From the NCBI GenBank assembly GCA_039920385.1, contig JBDSDR010000004.1:20125-84124 (forward strand): 64,000 nucleotides of DNA, written 5' to 3'. The translations under genes were made by a program, and so were the position numbers. The DNA is from Candidatus Saccharimonadales bacterium. Lineage in GTDB: Bacteria > Patescibacteriota > Saccharimonadia > Saccharimonadales > JAUPVS01. Positions within the stretch are counted from its first letter, which is position 1, and each line of letters begins with the position of its first letter. Under the pieces are notes generated by a model. That model worked only from the letters and a program-made list of their open reading frames with translations, had not been told where the DNA came from and searched no databases. Below, piece by piece: positions 56,215 to 64,000 of the stretch.

Positions 56215-57021
56215 GTGAGCGAGCAGCCCTATACCAAAAAATCTCTAGGTCAGCATTGGTTGAATGATCAATCTACCTTGGAGGACATCTGTGATGCCGC
56301 GGCACTTGATGGCGCCGATACAGTTTTAGAGATCGGGCCGGGGCCGGGGAGTTTGACCAAACTTTTGGTACAAGAGGCCGAGAAAGTGATTGCTGTTGAG
56401 TATGATGAGCGCTTTGCTCGGGCTCTGTTGCAAGCCGTAAATGCCGACAATCTCGAAGTTAGCCATGAAGATATCTTAAAATTTGATCTAACCAAATTAC
56501 CGAAAGACTACAAAGTCGTCGCCAATATACCGTATTACTTAACCAGTAATTTACTAAGAGTTTTAAGTGAATCGACCAATCCTCCAAAAACTATCGTGTT
56601 GCTTATTCAAAAAGAGGTCGCCGAACGAGTCGCTGCCAAGGCAGGCGACATGTCGCTATTAAGTGTTTGCGTACAGCTGTATTATCAAGCCACGCTCGGT
56701 ATTAAGGTGCCAGCTCATCTTTTTACGCCACCGCCAAAGGTGGACTCACAGGTACTAATCTTAACAAGACACCAAGAACCACTGTTTAAGGGTTCCCCCA
56801 CTGCCCTACTGACCGTTGTTAAGGCTGGCTTCTCGGCACGGCGTAAAACTTTGCTTAACTCCTTGAGCGGGGGGTTGAGATTAGATAAACCAGTGGTTAC
56901 CGATATTCTGCAGCAAGCCGAGCTTAATCCGGCCATGCGACCTCAAGAACTAAACTTGGCTCAATGGCAGAATTTAGCCGAAGCTGTAACCAAAGCAACT
57001 TCCCTGCCCGCAAACACTTGA
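56215..57021 (+). CDS. rsmA: 16S rRNA (adenine1518/1519-N6)-dimethyltransferase RsmA/KsgA
   Basis: GTG start. GQHWL at the N-terminus and SAM motif VLEIGPGPGSLT. Confidence 0.85.
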   Translation: MSEQPYTKKSLGQHWLNDQSTLEDICDAAALDGADTVLEIGPGPGSLTKLLVQEAEKVIAVEYDERFARALLQAVNADNLEVSHEDILKFDLTKLPKDYKVVANIPYYLTSNLLRVLSESTNPPKTIVLLIQKEVAERVAAKAGDMSLLSVCVQLYYQATLGIKVPAHLFTPPPKVDSQVLILTRHQEPLFKGSPTALLTVVKAGFSARRKTLLNSLSGGLRLDKPVVTDILQQAELNPAMRPQELNLAQWQNLAEAVTKATSLPANT

Positions 57022-57066
57022 CACGTTAAGTATAGTCTTGATAAACTGGCAAAGTAGGAGCTATTT

Positions 57067-57531
57067 ATGCAATCTCGCAGTAAAATCGGTTTCTTGATTC
57101 AACACCTGGCCTTCTCACTTGGTCATACTAATGACCAGATTTTGCAGGAACAACTTGGCATCGGCTTTTCGCAATTTAAATTGATGATGGTGCTGCAAAA
57201 GATGCCGCACATTCAACAAAAACAAATTGCTAATGCCCTTAACCAAACTGAGGCCAGTATTAGTCGCCAAATCAAACTGTTGCACGAGAAAAGCCTGCTC
57301 CAAACCACGGTCAATCCTAAGAACCGCCGTGAGCACATTACTACACTGACTCCAAAAGGAGTTCGCTACACCGAAGAGGCTCAACGAATCATGAAGGATT
57401 ACTATGAGCCGATGTTTGCCCATTTAAGTGACAAAGATCAAGAACAGCTGGTTCATCAACTGGGAAACTTGCATGATTATGTCTGCCAAGACAGTGGTAA
57501 CCAAATGTGTCAGAAGTTTGTTAAAGAATAA
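57067..57531 (+). CDS. MarR-family transcriptional regulator
   Basis: Winged-HTH MarR core (FSQFKLMMVLQKMPHIQQKQIANALNQTEASISRQIKLLHEKSLL). Confidence 0.85.
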   Translation: MQSRSKIGFLIQHLAFSLGHTNDQILQEQLGIGFSQFKLMMVLQKMPHIQQKQIANALNQTEASISRQIKLLHEKSLLQTTVNPKNRREHITTLTPKGVRYTEEAQRIMKDYYEPMFAHLSDKDQEQLVHQLGNLHDYVCQDSGNQMCQKFVKE

Positions 57532-57543
57532 AGAAGGAAATTC

Positions 57544-58848
57544 ATGAGTATTAAACCTAAAAACTTATCAAAACGCGCTCTTCCAATCGTTATCTTCACC
57601 ATCTTTCTGGATGTTCTTGGCGTTGGTATCTTGGTGCCAATTTTGCCACAACTGGTTTTTCGCACCTTTATCCCGGCTGGATTTACCTACAACGAAGCTC
57701 TAATTACCCTAGGTTGGCTAGTTGGTATTTACCCACTAATGCAGTTTATTGCCACGCCGATTCTCGGCCAGTTATCTGATCGTTATGGCCGTAAAAAAGT
57801 ACTGAGTTTTAGTTTAGCTGGTACAGGGGTGGGATATGTGCTTTTTGCTATCGGTATCATCACCAAGAATATCCCACTGTTATTTATCTCGCGGGCGTTT
57901 GACGGTATAACCGGCGGTAATATTAGTGTAGCTCGGGCCGTAATTGCCGATGTCAGTAAGCCCGAAGAACGAACCAAGAACTTTGGTTTGATTGGCGCTG
58001 CCTTTGGGGTTGGTTTTGTGATGGGCCCTTATATTGGAGCACGCTTGGCTTCGCCGGACGTCAGTTTCTTTGGGTTGTTTAATACGCCACATTGGTTCAG
58101 CGCCGCAACACCGTTTTGGTTCGCAGCCATCTTGGCCGCAATTAACACTGTGCTAGTTTTGGCAATTTTGCCCGAAACACACCGACATATTAATAAAAAG
58201 CTTAAGATGGCCTGGACACAGTCAATAAGTAATATCCGAAAGGCCGCCGCCGCACCAGGCTTACGAGTCGTCTTTACTTCAGAATTTTTGTTCTTCGGTG
58301 GATTCACTTTCTTTACGACATTCTTCCAAATATTACTGATTCAAAAGCTAAAATTCACAGCGGCAAACGTTGGTGACTTCTTTGCCTACATAGGTATTTG
58401 GATAGCGCTTACGCAAGGTATCTTGACGCCAATTCTGGCTAAGCGGTTTAAGAACTATCAAATCTTGCGGGTTACCTTTTTTGGCATGGCATTTGCGCTC
58501 TTGTTACAGCTTTGGCCACACACAACTTCGCAATTACTACTGGTGGCACCGTTCATCGCTATGTTTGTTGGCCTTACAATGGCCAATACTTCAGCCTTGG
58601 TTAGCCTGTCGGTAGGCCCAGAAATGCAAGGCGAAGTACTCGGCATTGATGCTAGTGTCCAAGCCTTGGCGCAGGCAATCCCGGCTATTATTAGTGGTTA
58701 TATTGCAACTATGGGCATCAATGTGCCGGTTATCGTGGGCGCGGCTATCGTCTTTGTTGGTGGCTTGGTCTTCTTGCTGTTCTACAGACCGTCTAATCAC
58801 ATTCTGCACGAGAGCCCGGCAAGCCTAGCGGCCGAAGCTGCTGCCTAG
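57544..58848 (+). CDS. MFS transporter (12-TM, drug:H+ antiporter-like)
   Basis: MFS motif A (GQLSDRYGRKKVL). 12 predicted TM helices. Paired with the upstream MarR. Confidence 0.85.
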   Translation: MSIKPKNLSKRALPIVIFTIFLDVLGVGILVPILPQLVFRTFIPAGFTYNEALITLGWLVGIYPLMQFIATPILGQLSDRYGRKKVLSFSLAGTGVGYVLFAIGIITKNIPLLFISRAFDGITGGNISVARAVIADVSKPEERTKNFGLIGAAFGVGFVMGPYIGARLASPDVSFFGLFNTPHWFSAATPFWFAAILAAINTVLVLAILPETHRHINKKLKMAWTQSISNIRKAAAAPGLRVVFTSEFLFFGGFTFFTTFFQILLIQKLKFTAANVGDFFAYIGIWIALTQGILTPILAKRFKNYQILRVTFFGMAFALLLQLWPHTTSQLLLVAPFIAMFVGLTMANTSALVSLSVGPEMQGEVLGIDASVQALAQAIPAIISGYIATMGINVPVIVGAAIVFVGGLVFLLFYRPSNHILHESPASLAAEAAA

Positions 58849-58883
58849 ACATAAGCCTAATAAAAGTGGTATAATATTAGGAC

Positions 58884-59273
58884 GGGGCTGAATTTTAAGC
58901 TCGACGTTGGTCTTTATCAGTTATGTCCCGCAGGTCGCTTGTCAGCGTTATAGACAAAAGAATTTAGATGCAAAATCTATTTCAGAAGTGCGCAAAGATG
59001 TAGCAGCAATGCTTAACTTCAGCGGCTTCGCCCTAGCAGCTTAATAACTGCTAGCACTTCGCAATCGATACCAGGTAGATTACGTTAGTGTCATATCATC
59101 TGGTTGCTTGCCCATTAGTGACTCCTAATGAGCACTAAGACTAAGAGTCTGCTCATCGTAGTATTTGGTCTACTCTCAGCTACGATGCTAAGACCATTTA
59201 AGTAGACTATACCTGTAGACGGCTAACAAAGATAAACTAGCGGACCCGGGGGCAGTACCCGGCAGCTCCACCA
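58884..59273 (+). ncRNA. ssrA: tmRNA (ssrA)
   Basis: 5' GGGGCUGAAUUUUAAGCUCGACG as in canonical tmRNA 5' ends. 3' acceptor CAGCUCC-A-CCA pairs with GGGGCUG, including the G3-U alanine identity pair. The T-arm-like CCCGGGG..CCCGG sits just upstream of the 3' end. The internal tag reading frame ends ...NFSGFALAA followed by TAA TAA. TATAAT -10 element about 14 nt upstream. Confidence 0.8.
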
Positions 59274-59345
59274 AAAGAGACTCACATTCGTGGGTCTTTT
59301 TTGATTGCTTAAGCTTGCAAGCAGGTTGGGATTAGTCTATTTTGG

Positions 59346-59795
59346 TTGGATATGGCCTTAAAAGAACAGTTTGGCAGTCTGCCTAGTGAGCAAGTTGATG
59401 TGATGGCTAATCTCTTTAGTGAGCAAAATGACCCAGAGTCACAAATGTTGTGCGTAATTGAAACAGCTCAGCAATATGCCAACTTGTTGGCCGAGGATTT
59501 GGCTGTCGCCTATGGTGACCCTAGTGATCCCGATATCGGCATTACAGCTTGGGACATAGCTTGGTGCAGGGTAGAGGCAACCCTTACTGCTTCGTTTTAT
59601 GATACAAAGTTACGAATACTGACTGACATCGATGCCGTCATCCGAGACACCAGGGCCGATATCGACCCGTTAGGTTTCCCGACTGACCACGAAGACCCAA
59701 GCATAGCAACTTTTTATGAAAGATTTGGCAAGAATCTTCCAAAGCCAATCTCAAAAGATACTCATATAGGACGAAGAGCAGACTGGGGTTATTAG
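59346..59795 (+). CDS. hypothetical acidic protein
   Basis: 149-aa ORF directly downstream of ssrA. No recognisable motifs. Confidence 0.5.
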   Translation: MDMALKEQFGSLPSEQVDVMANLFSEQNDPESQMLCVIETAQQYANLLAEDLAVAYGDPSDPDIGITAWDIAWCRVEATLTASFYDTKLRILTDIDAVIRDTRADIDPLGFPTDHEDPSIATFYERFGKNLPKPISKDTHIGRRADWGY

Positions 59796-59869
59796 GCTTT
59801 CACCCCCTGTAGGAGTATAATGAGTGTTATAAACACGACAACAATTGTCGGTAGGAAGAGGTGAACATT

Positions 59870-59932
59870 ATGTCCAAAGACCGAGGCCGTAAAGAAGTTA
59901 AAAAGCCCAAAGCTCCCAAGGTTGTAGTGTGA
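59870..59932 (+). CDS. 20-aa Lys-rich peptide with a strong RBS
   Basis: GGAAGAGGTG, 6 nt, then ATG. Translation MSKDRGRKEVKKPKAPKVVV. Its stop overlaps the GTG start of the next ORF (GTGA). Confidence 0.3.
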   Translation: MSKDRGRKEVKKPKAPKVVV

Positions 59933-60180
59933 GTGTTCGCCAATCCCAAAGCTCTAATAAAGTAGTTTTCATCGACGAAACCGAAATCGAAGCTATTTTG
60001 CATGATATGGAACTTGATCAGACCATGAACACCAAACCGCTATATGTCAAAAGTGAAGAATCACCCGACGTAACCATCTCATTCTATAAACGGCACACCG
60101 ACTACCTAAAGGGTCACCCCAAGGTTAACCCCGAGCATTACTTGTCCAACTTGCGGACGATGATTAAAATTCGCGTTTAA
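59929..60180 (+). CDS. hypothetical 83-aa protein (GTG start)
   Basis: ORF coupled to the preceding micro-ORF. No motif recognised. Confidence 0.4.
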   Translation: MSVRQSQSSNKVVFIDETEIEAILHDMELDQTMNTKPLYVKSEESPDVTISFYKRHTDYLKGHPKVNPEHYLSNLRTMIKIRV

Positions 60181-60237
60181 TTGTAGAGCCAACCAAAACG
60201 GTCTGCACCAGCACTTAGCTCAGCTTCAAACAATGGC

Positions 60238-60660
60238 TCACTCGGCACAATCTTTACAATAGCCATCAATCTCAAACTGGTGGCGACGCGCCGTAAACTT
60301 AAATTTTGCCGATAGACTGCTAACAAAATCTTCAATCACAACATTGTCTTCAATGTCGATTGTCCGACCACAGTTTAAGCAGCTAAAGTGGTGGTGATGG
60401 CCGATGAACTGATCGGATAACTCCAGCTTATATTTCCAACCAATGTAGATGCGCTGGACGATGCAAATTTTTTCGAATACATCAATATTGCGGTAGACGC
60501 TAACTCGGTCAAGCTTGCCGGCGGCTTTGGTAAGTAGCTCGTTCATTGACTGCGGATCAGGGTTAAGCAATAGTTTAAAAGTTTCGGTGCGAGCCTTTGT
60601 TAAACTGTAACCATTATCACTTAAGACTTTTCGGAGTTTACTAATTTCAACACTAGACAT
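60238..60660 (-). CDS. Fur-family metalloregulator
   Basis: N-terminal winged helix. Metal sites HHHHFSC..C and C-terminal CxxC (CKDC). Confidence 0.85.
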   Translation of the reverse strand: MSSVEISKLRKVLSDNGYSLTKARTETFKLLLNPDPQSMNELLTKAAGKLDRVSVYRNIDVFEKICIVQRIYIGWKYKLELSDQFIGHHHHFSCLNCGRTIDIEDNVVIEDFVSSLSAKFKFTARRHQFEIDGYCKDCAE

Positions 60661-60792
60661 AATTAAATACTAGAGTAAATGCAATATTATTGCAATAAAT
60701 TTGATACTGGTCTAAAGAACTAACTTATGCTATAATTAGCGTAGATTAAGTATGCGCTTAACAGATGTAAGCGCTTTTTTATTGGAATAACT

Positions 60793-62616
60793 ATGACAGC
60801 AATCACCCAAGACCCAACCAAGATTCGCAATATTGCCATCATCGCCCACGTTGACCACGGTAAAACTACCTTGGTAGATGGGCTTTTAAAGCAGTCGCAA
60901 ACCTTCCGCGATAACCAAGCCGAAATGAGCCAAGACCTGATCATGGACAGTGGTGACCAAGAAAAAGAACGCGGTATCACGATTACCGCTAAGGTTACTG
61001 CCGTACAACATGGCGATTATCGAATTAACATCATCGATACCCCAGGCCACGCCGACTTTAGTGGCGAAGTTGAGCGGACTCTCAACATGGCCGATGGTTG
61101 TATTTTGATCGTTGACGCCCAAGAAGGCCCGATGCCACAAACCAAGTTTGTGCTGGGTAAGGCTCTGGCTAATGAGCTCAAACCAATCGTGATCATTAAC
61201 AAGATCGATAAACCAGCTAGCCGTATCAAAGAAGTCGAAGATGAATTAGCCGACTTATTCCTAGAGTTAGCCGTCCACGAAGACCAACTGCACTACCCAA
61301 CTTATTACGCGATTGGTCGCGAAGGTAAAGCCTGGGATACTATCCCCGCTAACCCAGAAGCCGATGGCAACTTGGACATTGTGTTCGACGCTATTATCGA
61401 ACACGTTCCAGCCCCTAAAATCGAAGTTGATAAGCCTTTCCAGATGATGGTAACGGCCTTAGCCTGGGACACTTTTAAGGGTAAATATGCGATTGGCCGG
61501 ATTACTCGTGGTCGTATCCAAGCCGGTGACCAGGTTAGTCTTTGTAAAAAAGACGGTACGTTTGCCAAAGCCAAAGTCGAACTAGTTTTTATGAGTCACG
61601 GTGTTAGCCGCTTTGAGGTACCGGGTGGTGTGGCTGGTGATATCGTCCAGCTGACTGGGGTCGGCGATGCTCAAATTGGCGAAACTATTGCTGATGCCGA
61701 AGAGCCAGAAGCCTTACCAGTTATTGAAGTTGAAGCCCCAACTCTTAAAATCTATCTTGGCCCAAACACGGGGCCATTCAAGGGCCTAGAAGGCGAATTT
61801 ACGACTTCCCGCCAAATTGGTGAACGTCTTACCAAAGAACTTGAAACTAATGTCGGTTTGCGCGTCCAAGATGAAGGTATTGGCTTTTTGGTGTCAGGCC
61901 GCGGTGAACTCCACCTATCCGTTCTAATCGAAACGATGCGCCGTGAAGGTTATGAGTTTGAAGTTGGTCGCCCACAAGTTGTAACACGCGAAAAAGACGG
62001 TGTTACCGAAGAGCCATTGGAAGAAGTCATCATCGAAGTCCCGGCCGAGCACGTTGGGACGGTCCAAATGGAACTTGGCAAGCGCCGGGCGGTTTTGCAA
62101 GAACAGTTTGCCAGTCCTAAAGGTGTCACAAAGCTTGTTTATGAGCTTCCAACCCGCGCCTTACTCGGTATGCGCAACATCTTGATGACTAACACTAAAG
62201 GCACGATTGTTATGAATAGCCTGATTACCGGTTATCAGCCAATGGGTCAGGCCTTGCAACAACTTCGTAGCGGTGTATTAATTGCCTTCGAAACCGGTGT
62301 TACAACCCCATATGCCCTACAAAATGCCGAGGCTCGCGGTGTTACCTTCATTGGCCCAGCAATTAAAGTCTATGCTGGTCAAATCGTTGGTCTTAACAGC
62401 CGCAATGAAGACATGGAAATTAATGTTTGTAAGACCAAGCATCTTACCAATATGCGTAGCTCTAGTAGTGATGGTGTTGTGCAGCTAACGCCGCCAACGA
62501 TTTTTAGCCTCGAAGAGTGTTTAGACTTTATCGAAAATGATGAGTTACTCGAAGTAACTCCAAAGAGCCTACGACTTCGCAAGCGCGAACTCGACCAGAA
62601 AAAGCGCAAGCGCTAA
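60793..62616 (+). CDS. typA: translational GTPase TypA/BipA
   Basis: G1 AIIAHVDHGKTTL. G3 DTPGH. G4 NKID. EF-G-like domains III to V and the BipA C-terminal domain. Confidence 0.9.
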   Translation: MTAITQDPTKIRNIAIIAHVDHGKTTLVDGLLKQSQTFRDNQAEMSQDLIMDSGDQEKERGITITAKVTAVQHGDYRINIIDTPGHADFSGEVERTLNMADGCILIVDAQEGPMPQTKFVLGKALANELKPIVIINKIDKPASRIKEVEDELADLFLELAVHEDQLHYPTYYAIGREGKAWDTIPANPEADGNLDIVFDAIIEHVPAPKIEVDKPFQMMVTALAWDTFKGKYAIGRITRGRIQAGDQVSLCKKDGTFAKAKVELVFMSHGVSRFEVPGGVAGDIVQLTGVGDAQIGETIADAEEPEALPVIEVEAPTLKIYLGPNTGPFKGLEGEFTTSRQIGERLTKELETNVGLRVQDEGIGFLVSGRGELHLSVLIETMRREGYEFEVGRPQVVTREKDGVTEEPLEEVIIEVPAEHVGTVQMELGKRRAVLQEQFASPKGVTKLVYELPTRALLGMRNILMTNTKGTIVMNSLITGYQPMGQALQQLRSGVLIAFETGVTTPYALQNAEARGVTFIGPAIKVYAGQIVGLNSRNEDMEINVCKTKHLTNMRSSSSDGVVQLTPPTIFSLEECLDFIENDELLEVTPKSLRLRKRELDQKKRKR

Positions 62617-62671
62617 ATAGGTTACGCTCTGTGTCGGGAGTATACTAAGGGCATTACTTAGGGGGTAAAAT

Positions 62672-63082
62672 ATGTCGGAATTTAAAGAAACGGTTACAAC
62701 AAGCAAAGATCAGGCCACAGACGTGTCGGGCGCTCAGGTAAATCAAGAGGTCCGAAAAGTTAATACCGAGGCCAACGCCGATGGTAGGAGTATGGCGATA
62801 AACGCCATCTGGTTTATCCTGGGCGTTATCGAGGTTATGATTGGGCTACGCTTCGTACTAAAGATTTTAGGCGCCAACCCGGCCAACGCCTTCGTAGACT
62901 TCATTTACTCTGTTACTGGTGTTCTAACAGCACCATTTGATACGATTTTTGGAGTAACCAGTGCTCCAGCCGGCCAAGTTGTTAAATCAGTCTTTGAGCC
63001 TTCAATACTGGTTGCCGCCGCCATCTATGCTCTACTAGCATGGGGTATTGTTAAGCTATTGACGCTCAACCGCCCAGCCTAA
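62672..63082 (+). CDS. YggT-family small membrane protein
   Basis: GLRFVLKILGANPANAFVDFIYSVTGVLTAPF fits the YggT pattern RFVLSW..NP..FLYQITEPLL.P. Two TM helices. Confidence 0.55.
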   Translation: MSEFKETVTTSKDQATDVSGAQVNQEVRKVNTEANADGRSMAINAIWFILGVIEVMIGLRFVLKILGANPANAFVDFIYSVTGVLTAPFDTIFGVTSAPAGQVVKSVFEPSILVAAAIYALLAWGIVKLLTLNRPA

Positions 63083-63283
63083 CCCTCTGTACGACCCCAT
63101 ATATTGACTATTTATGCAAATCATGCTAATATATTAGTATTGTTCAATTGAATCCAAAGTTTGTTCGCTATTACTGAGGCTTCATCTGTGACAATCACAG
63201 CTCTCAATGCCTCGCTGAATCATCAGTTAAGCGCCAAAAGCTAAGTAATAACAATCTATAACAAACCAAAGGATTCTTTTTTT

Positions 63284-64000
63284 ATGGCATATGCCTACAA
63301 ATCTCAAACTAGTAACCGTAATCGTCGCCCAGGTGGTGGCTCTGGCTCCCGCAGTCGTAGCAACCGTCGCCCAGGCGCTAAGTACATTGACCCAACTCGC
63401 TTTGTTAAAGCGGCTAAGCCAACTACTGTTGAAAACGAATACGTACCTACTCACAAATTCGATGACTTTAATGTCCACGAAACTATTAAAGCTAACTTAC
63501 GCGCCAAAGGTTTCGTAACCCCAACGCCAATTCAGGACCAAACAATTATCCCTGCTCTCGAAGCCAAGGATGTGATTGGTATCGCCAACACTGGTACTGG
63601 TAAAACCGCCGCCTTTGCAATACCAATACTTCACAAGTTAATGACCGATCGTAACTCACGAGCCCTCATTGTGGCTCCAACCCGCGAGTTGGCTCAGCAA
63701 ATTGATGAAGATATTCGGACTATGGCAAAAGGCAGTGGCCTGTTTGGCGCTGTTATTATCGGTGGAGAGCCAATTGGTCGCCAACTACGTGATTTACGTT
63801 CCAACCCACAAATCGTGATTGGTACACCTGGTCGTATTAAGGACCATCTGGAGCGCCGAACACTTAACTTGTCACGTTTTAACATGATTGTACTCGACGA
63901 AGTCGACCGTATGTTAGACATGGGCTTTGTTGATGATGTTCGCGAAATCTTGGGCCAGCTAGCTCAAGAACGTCAATCGTTCTTCTTCTCGGCTACTTTA
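63284..64000 (+). CDS. DEAD-box ATP-dependent RNA helicase (N-terminal part, runs off the window end)
   Basis: Basic RGG/RS-like N-terminal tail. Q-motif (FDDFNVHETIKANLRAKGFVTPTPIQ). Motif I ANTGTGKT. Motif Ia APTRELA. Motif II DEVD. Motif III SAT. Not in the ORF track because there is no stop codon within the window. Confidence 0.85.
   Translation, partial: MAYAYKSQTSNRNRRPGGGSGSRSRSNRRPGAKYIDPTRFVKAAKPTTVENEYVPTHKFDDFNVHETIKANLRAKGFVTPTPIQDQTIIPALEAKDVIGIANTGTGKTAAFAIPILHKLMTDRNSRALIVAPTRELAQQIDEDIRTMAKGSGLFGAVIIGGEPIGRQLRDLRSNPQIVIGTPGRIKDHLERRTLNLSRFNMIVLDEVDRMLDMGFVDDVREILGQLAQERQSFFFSATL

Noticed and set aside
57067-58848. MarR plus MFS transporter, considered as a notable system
   Set aside because: This is a very common efflux/regulator pair. 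Nothing unusual is visible in the sequence.
63227-63518. ORF-track entries 63227..63478(-) and 63291..63518(+)
   Set aside because: Both are out of frame with, or antisense to, the DEAD-box helicase gene. That gene starts at 63284 and continues to the window end with Q, I, Ia, II (DEVD) and III (SAT) motifs. The track omits it only because no stop codon falls inside the window.
1-64000. Searched for CRISPR arrays, IS elements, integrases, prophage genes and rRNA operons
   Set aside because: None seen. No regularly spaced direct repeats, no transposase or integrase motifs (DDE, tyrosine-recombinase R-H-R-Y), and no rRNA-like segments were recognised. The only repeats are the short tRNA-Lys duplicate and isolated palindromes reported above.

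Overview
This 64-kb window is a gene-dense chromosomal segment, about 90% coding and roughly 45-48% GC by eye. It comes from a monoderm-type (Gram-positive-like) bacterium: it encodes a sortase, LPxTG and LAxTG sorting signals, an LCP protein, VKOR, an RpfB-like protein and Mur enzymes. The lineage cannot be fixed from sequence alone. The gene content would fit a small-genome Gram-positive-type or CPR/Saccharibacteria-like organism, but that is speculation. I support about 65 protein genes, 7 tRNAs (Pro-TGG, Gly-TCC, Arg-TCT, His-GTG, Arg-TCG, Lys-CTT on the minus strand, Glu-TTC) and one tmRNA (ssrA) that the ORF track cannot show. Most of the window is housekeeping: TatA/TatC; a P-type ATPase; SHMT, FolC, DHFR and FolD; MurA, MurB, MurI and MurD; pyruvate kinase, PGK and TPI; PcrA/UvrD; KsgA; TypA; MgtE; a DEAD-box helicase. 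The accessory or unusual content is: (1) an XRE-HTH::MurA fusion; (2) a membrane-anchored double-ring Clp-type AAA+ ATPase translationally coupled to a small membrane protein; (3) a crtB-crtI-(two lycopene-cyclase-domain genes)-UbiA C50-type carotenoid cluster; (4) a Rossmann(DUF4213/DUF364-like)-GNAT-ATP-grasp operon that looks like a small-molecule or dipeptide ligase module; (5) a non-canonical ThiF/E1-like protein with an N-terminal extension, tail-to-tail with a two-domain nitroreductase; (6) a sortase locus with a tiny LANTG-only ORF; (7) a PEP-utilizer swivel-domain protein with an uncharacterised N-terminal domain; (8) several small ORFs and RNA-like hairpins. No CRISPR array, IS element or integrase was seen. 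All coordinates are hand-counted and may be off by 1-3 nt.
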